64,000 bases of DNA from an uncultured Actinomycetes bacterium. Lineage in GTDB: Bacteria; Actinomycetota; Acidimicrobiia; IMCC26256; DASPTH01. The stretch lies in the NCBI GenBank assembly GCA_963721435.1, contig CAVRJC010000012.1, positions 119,154-183,153 on the forward strand. The letters run 5' to 3'. This document shows positions 59,201 through 64,000 of the stretch, piece after piece (position 1 is the first letter of the stretch; every line of letters begins with the position of its first letter). The notes under the pieces are model-generated. The model was not told the DNA's origin. It saw nothing but the letters and a program-made list of their open reading frames with translations, and did not search any database. A program made the translations under genes and the position numbers.

Positions 59201-60219
59201 GATCCGCTTCCACGGGCTCACCGCGGAGCTGCTCGAGCGGCCCGAGCTGCTGCGCTCGATCTTCCTCGAGGGCGCGGCCGCGTCGCAGGAGCCCGAAGCC
59301 GACGCGGAGGCCAAGGAGCGGTCCGCCGCGGTCACCGAGGCGAAGCGGGTCACCGCGCTGGCGACGAACGGCGGCGAGCGCCGAGTCGTGCTCGAGACCC
59401 AGGACATCACGAAGCGGTTCGCCGGCATCACCGCCGTCGACCACGTGTCGATCAAGCTGCACGAAGGCGAGATCCTCGGCATCATCGGCCCGAACGGCGC
59501 CGGGAAGACCACGCTGTTCGACCTCATCTCCGGGTTCCTCGAGCCCGACGTCGGGCGGATCCTCATCGGCGACCGCGACGTCACCAAGCGCCGCCCGAAG
59601 GGTCGCGCGCAACTCGGCCTCGCGCGTTCGTTCCAGGACGCGCGCTTGTTCGGCGCGCTCACGGTGCACCAGACCGTGTGCGTCGCGCTCGACCGCGAGC
59701 TCAGCATCTTCGATCCCATCTCCGAGTCACTCCACCTCCCGAACGTCGTACCGCGCGGAGAAGAAGCTGTCGAAGCGCGCCGACGAGCTCATCGAGCTCA
59801 TGGGCCTCGGTGACTTCCGCGACAAGTTCGTGTCGGACCTCTCGACCGGGAGCCGGCGCATCGTCGACCTCGCGTGCCAGATCGGCATCGACCCGAAGGT
59901 CATCCTGTTCGACGAGCCGTCGTCGGGCATCGCGCAACGTGAGACGGAAGCGCTCGGTCCGCTGCTCGTGCGCATCCAGGAGCAGACCGGCGCGAGCCTG
60001 CTGCTGATCGAGCACGACATGCCGCTCATCACCAGCGTCTCCGACCGCATCGTGGCGATGGACCTGGGCGCGGTCGTGATCGACGGCGATGCCGAGACCG
60101 TGCTCAACCACCCGCACGTCGTGGCGTCGTACCTCGGTTCGTCGAGGGAAGCGATCAACCGCTCGGGCTCTGCCGCCGCCAAAGTTCTCAACCCGACGCC
60201 GGGGGGAGCAAGCCGATGA
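56238..60219 (+). CDS. Single-chain Liv-type ABC transporter (LivH-LivM-LivF-LivG fusion), frameshifted near 59750
   Basis: VINFAQ and GEISLGQ permease motifs; GTNGAGKS/LSGGQQQM and GPNGAGKT/LSTG/FDEPSSG/IEHDM ATPases. Confidence 0.88.
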
Positions 60220-63200
60220 CCACCACGTTCTCGGGGACCAGCCCGGATGCGCAGGCCGCAGCAGCGAAAGGCCCGATCGGCCGGTTCGTCGGCAAGTACA
60301 AGACCTCGTATCAGGTCGCGCGCGCGTCCCTGTTCTGGGCGCTGCTCCGCCGTCAGAAGCGAACCCTGGGGTGGATGTTCTTCTCGTTCCTCTTGAACTC
60401 CGTCGCGCTGCTGGAGATCGCCAACTACACGCGCGGCATGGTCGACAACGCGATCGTCGACCAGACCACGGCGATCTGGCCGTGGGTCGTCAAGATCTTC
60501 ATCTGGGCCTGTCTCTCCTTCCTCACCGGGCTTGCCGGCACGATGTTGTTGCAGCGCATCGGATACCAGCTCGAGTTCGATCTCCGGGTCTGGCTGTACA
60601 CCCACATCCAGTCCGCCGACCTCCGCCGTCTCGACGCCGTGGCGAGTGGTCAGCTCGTGACGCGATCGCTCACCGACCTCGCGCTCATCGAGCAGCTCCT
60701 GCTCGTCTTCCCCGCGATCATCTCCTACCTGCCGTTGCTCCTCGCGCTCGGGATCCTGGTCATCATCCTGAGCCCCCCGATGGGCATCCTCGCGTTGTCC
60801 GCGGTGCCGTTGAACCTCTGGTTGATCAGCCGCTTCCGCGTGCGCCTGCGCGGCCTCTCGTGGGCCGAGCTCAACGAGCGCGCCGAAGTGATGCGCACGA
60901 TCGACGAGCCGGTGCGCGGCATCCGCGTCGTGAAGGCCTTCGGCCGCGAAGACACCGAGGGCGCCAAGGTGCACGCGGTCACCGAAAAGGCCTACCGATT
61001 CTCGATGACGCGGGTTCGGCTCCTCGCTCGGTACGACGTCGCGCTCAAGCTCGCGCCCTTCATCATCCAGGCCGCAGTGCTGGCGCTCGGCGCGCACCTC
61101 ATTGCGTCCGGCAGCCTGAGTCTCGGCACGTTCCTGCTCGCGTTCCAGATCTGCACCGCGCTCGCGATGATCTCCTCCAACTTCGACGAGTTCGCGAGCG
61201 CGTGGCAGTACCTGCGCGGCGCGCAGGATCGCATCGCCGAGATGCTGGCGCTCGGAGCGCGCCCGATCACGGACGGGCGCATGGCGCCCGCCCCGTCGTC
61301 GGGACTCGAGCTCCGCGGCATCGGCGTCGACCTCGGGCAGCGGCGGGTGCTCGACGACTTCGGTGTCAGCGTGCCCCCGGGCGCGATCGTCGTGGTCACC
61401 GGCTCCCCCGGCTCGGGTAAGTCCACCATCGCCGCCGTCGCCTCGGGGCTCCTCATCCCGAACCGGGGCACCGCGTTGCTGGACGGCCTCGAGCTCGAGG
61501 AAGCGGACCCCGCCGAGCTGCGCCGCTCCGTGCGCGTCGTCGCCGAGGAGCCCATGTTGTTCGCGACGTCGCTGCGCGAGAACCTGCGCATGGGCGCGCC
61601 GGAAGATGTCGACGACGACACGATCATGCACGCGCTCCGCACCGCGGGCGTCGAAGAGGTCGTCGACGAGCTGGAAGGTGGGCTCGACGGCTACATCGGT
61701 GACCGTGGGCTGACGCTCTCGGGCGGTCAGCGCCAACGAGTCGCGTTGTCGCGCGCGCTCGTCGCGCGGCCGCGAGTCCTCATCCTCGACGACGCGCTCT
61801 CGGCGGTGAACCCCTCACTCGAGCACGAGATCGTCGCTCGCATCCACGCGGAGCTCCCGGAGACGTCGATCCTGTTCATCACGCGGCGAGCAGGACCGGT
61901 GCAGCTCGCCGACCAGGTCGTGCAGCTGCCCCCGGCTGCGTCGATGCAGTACGTGAACGAGACGACCGGTGCCACGTTCGCGACGCTCGCCGAAGCGGCA
62001 ACTCTCGGCGGTGGTGTCGACGAGATCAACGCGGTGATGGCGGTCGAGGAGCTGGGTGAGCTCGTGGAGGCGTCCGAGGGCATCGAGCCCGGCACGCCCG
62101 GGTCGAGCACGTCCCTGCCGACCAGCGACGCCGCACTGGCCCGCGTCGTCCAGTCGCTCAAGGTGACCACGGAGAAGATCAGCGTCCCCGACGGCGCGTA
62201 CGGCGGCACCGAGCCCCCGTACTTCTGGAAGGTGATGCAGCCGTTCAAGTGGGTCGCCTTGTCGGCGATCGGCGCGGTCTTTCTCGTGACGGTCACGCGC
62301 CTCGCGCCCGACATCCTGTTCGGCCAGGTCACCGATGTCGTCAACGACAAGAGCAACGACACCGCCCAGGCCGACCTGCTCGCGTTCGCGGTGTTCCTCG
62401 TCGGCATCGTGGGTGCCGGCGCGGCCTACCTGTTCCGGATCCGCGCCAACAAGTTCACCCAGAGCCTCGTCGCGTACCTCCGGCGGCGCGCGTTCTTCCG
62501 GCTCGGCTCGATGGGTGTCGACTACTACGACCGCGAGCTCCCCGGCCAGGTGGCCGCCCGATGCGTCTACGACCTCGACCGGGTACTCCAGTTCCTTCAG
62601 CAGACCGGCTTCCTGCTGTTGAGCTCCGCGGCCATCTTCGTGGTCGGCATGCTCGTGATCGTCGCCATCGCGCCGGCCGCGTTCCCCCTGATCGCGGTGC
62701 TCGTCCTGCTCGTCGCGATCATCGCCCTGGTCCAGCTCCCGATCGGCAATCAAGCGTGGAACTGGGCACGGCACGAGCTCGGCACGGTGACCGCCAAGTT
62801 CGAAGAGGACTTCGTGGCCCGCCACGAGATCCGCAACCTCGGCGCCGCCGACATCCAGACCAAGAAGTTCGTCGACGCATGCTGGCAACGGCGCCGGGCC
62901 AAGTGGTACACGCTGACCATCCAGGCCGTCGGCACCCAAATGCTGATCTTCGTGGCCACCATGACCCAGGCGTTGGTGCTCTGGCGCACCGGCACGCTCA
63001 CGCTCGAGGGCACGCTGACCATCGGGACCGCGCTGTCGGTCTACCTCCTCGTGCAGACGTCGACGGCGCCGTTGCGCCAGATCGGCGTGTTCTACAGCGC
63101 GCTTCTCGAGGTGCGCGTGTCGTGGGGACGGCTGCGGGAGCCGTTCGAGGAGCCGATCCTGCCGGACATCCGTCCCGACGCCGTCGCGTGCCCCCAGCTC

Positions 63201-63965
63201 CGCGGTGACGTCGCGTTCGACGATGTCGCGTTCGTGTACCCGCAGACGGGTCGCTCGGTGCTGCACGACGTGTCGTTCACGATTCCCGGCGGCACCGTCA
63301 CCGCGCTCGTCGGCTACACGGGTGCCGGGAAGTCGAGCATCGCCAAGCTCCTGTCGCGTACGTACGACCCCACCGGCGGCACCGTCACCGTCGACGGCAT
63401 CGACCTGCGCGACATGATCCTCAGCACCTACATCCCGCGCCTCGGTGTCGTGCCCCAGGACGCGTTCGTCTTCCGCGGCACGGTCGCGACGAACATCGCG
63501 TACGCGGTACCGGACGCTCCGCGCGAGCTCATCGAGCAGGCCGCGCGCGACGTCGGTGCGTACGAGCTGCTGTCGACGCTCCCCGCCGGCTTCGACACGC
63601 TCGTCGAAGAAGAGGGCAAGAACCTCACTGCTGCCCAACGCCAGCTGATCGCGCTCGCGCGTGCGTGGATGACCCGTCCGGACGTGATGGTGCTCGACGA
63701 GGCCACGTCGCTGCTGGACGCCGACGTCGAGCAGAAGGTGCTCGACGCGGTCCACGCGCTCGGGTGCACCACGCTCATGATCACGCACCGCGAAAACGTC
63801 GCCAAGGCCGCCGACAGCGTCGTGGTGCTCGATGGTGGACGCGTCGTCGACTCCGGCCCGGTCAGCGTCGTGTCGCGGCCCGGAAGCCCGTACGACCGGC
63901 TCTGGAACGTGCAGGAAGAGGACGAGGTCTCGTTGGACGTCGCCCCCGGCGAGCTCCAGCCATAA
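60216..63965 (+). CDS. Full-length type IV ABC exporter (TMD-NBD-TMD-NBD)
   Basis: GSPGSGKS/LSGGQ/LDDA and GYTGAGKS/LTAAQ/LDEA/ITHR; ATGA overlap with the preceding gene. Confidence 0.9.
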   Translation: MTTTFSGTSPDAQAAAAKGPIGRFVGKYKTSYQVARASLFWALLRRQKRTLGWMFFSFLLNSVALLEIANYTRGMVDNAIVDQTTAIWPWVVKIFIWACLSFLTGLAGTMLLQRIGYQLEFDLRVWLYTHIQSADLRRLDAVASGQLVTRSLTDLALIEQLLLVFPAIISYLPLLLALGILVIILSPPMGILALSAVPLNLWLISRFRVRLRGLSWAELNERAEVMRTIDEPVRGIRVVKAFGREDTEGAKVHAVTEKAYRFSMTRVRLLARYDVALKLAPFIIQAAVLALGAHLIASGSLSLGTFLLAFQICTALAMISSNFDEFASAWQYLRGAQDRIAEMLALGARPITDGRMAPAPSSGLELRGIGVDLGQRRVLDDFGVSVPPGAIVVVTGSPGSGKSTIAAVASGLLIPNRGTALLDGLELEEADPAELRRSVRVVAEEPMLFATSLRENLRMGAPEDVDDDTIMHALRTAGVEEVVDELEGGLDGYIGDRGLTLSGGQRQRVALSRALVARPRVLILDDALSAVNPSLEHEIVARIHAELPETSILFITRRAGPVQLADQVVQLPPAASMQYVNETTGATFATLAEAATLGGGVDEINAVMAVEELGELVEASEGIEPGTPGSSTSLPTSDAALARVVQSLKVTTEKISVPDGAYGGTEPPYFWKVMQPFKWVALSAIGAVFLVTVTRLAPDILFGQVTDVVNDKSNDTAQADLLAFAVFLVGIVGAGAAYLFRIRANKFTQSLVAYLRRRAFFRLGSMGVDYYDRELPGQVAARCVYDLDRVLQFLQQTGFLLLSSAAIFVVGMLVIVAIAPAAFPLIAVLVLLVAIIALVQLPIGNQAWNWARHELGTVTAKFEEDFVARHEIRNLGAADIQTKKFVDACWQRRRAKWYTLTIQAVGTQMLIFVATMTQALVLWRTGTLTLEGTLTIGTALSVYLLVQTSTAPLRQIGVFYSALLEVRVSWGRLREPFEEPILPDIRPDAVACPQLRGDVAFDDVAFVYPQTGRSVLHDVSFTIPGGTVTALVGYTGAGKSSIAKLLSRTYDPTGGTVTVDGIDLRDMILSTYIPRLGVVPQDAFVFRGTVATNIAYAVPDAPRELIEQAARDVGAYELLSTLPAGFDTLVEEEGKNLTAAQRQLIALARAWMTRPDVMVLDEATSLLDADVEQKVLDAVHALGCTTLMITHRENVAKAADSVVVLDGGRVVDSGPVSVVSRPGSPYDRLWNVQEEDEVSLDVAPGELQP

Positions 63966-64000
63966 GCACCGCCTCGCTCTTCGATCTCACCGGTCGGGTC

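Noticed and set aside
3975-63788. Many long antisense or alternate-frame ORFs (e.g. 3975..5756, 27647..30154, 38145..40595, 52557..54416, 61815..63788)
   Set aside because: Arg/Ala/Gly-rich shadow ORFs expected in high-GC DNA; they overlap well-supported genes and lack motifs

Overview
High-GC bacterial DNA, most likely actinobacterial (gene content, F420-dependent LLM/PPOX enzymes, LAFTG sortase signal and leaderless-type promoters suggest Acidimicrobiia; this is inference). It is densely coding, with about 67 genes dominated by lipid/steroid/aromatic catabolism: many SDRs, NTF2/SnoaL proteins, TauD dioxygenases, amidohydrolase, amidase and LLM oxidoreductases. It includes a recognisable steroid C/D-ring (HIP) module (echA20-ipdA-ipdB-ipdC, ipdF, Rv3548c/Rv3549c-like SDRs), a tandem CoA-transferase/DUF35/Ltp2-like operon, a FabF-ACP-PlsC mini-cluster, a cNMP-domain/patatin pair opposite an MMPL transporter, and two large single-chain ABC transporters. 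The most striking non-coding feature is a ~1.3 kb integrase-less islet (25243-26548) bounded by a perfect 42-bp direct repeat. The repeat is the echA20 start codon plus -10 box plus most of a 17-bp palindrome, and that palindrome recurs upstream of the SDR-ipdF operon (candidate new steroid-regulon operator). About nine genes carry single frameshifts that look like long-read indel errors. No rRNA, tRNA, CRISPR array, integrase or transposase was recognised.
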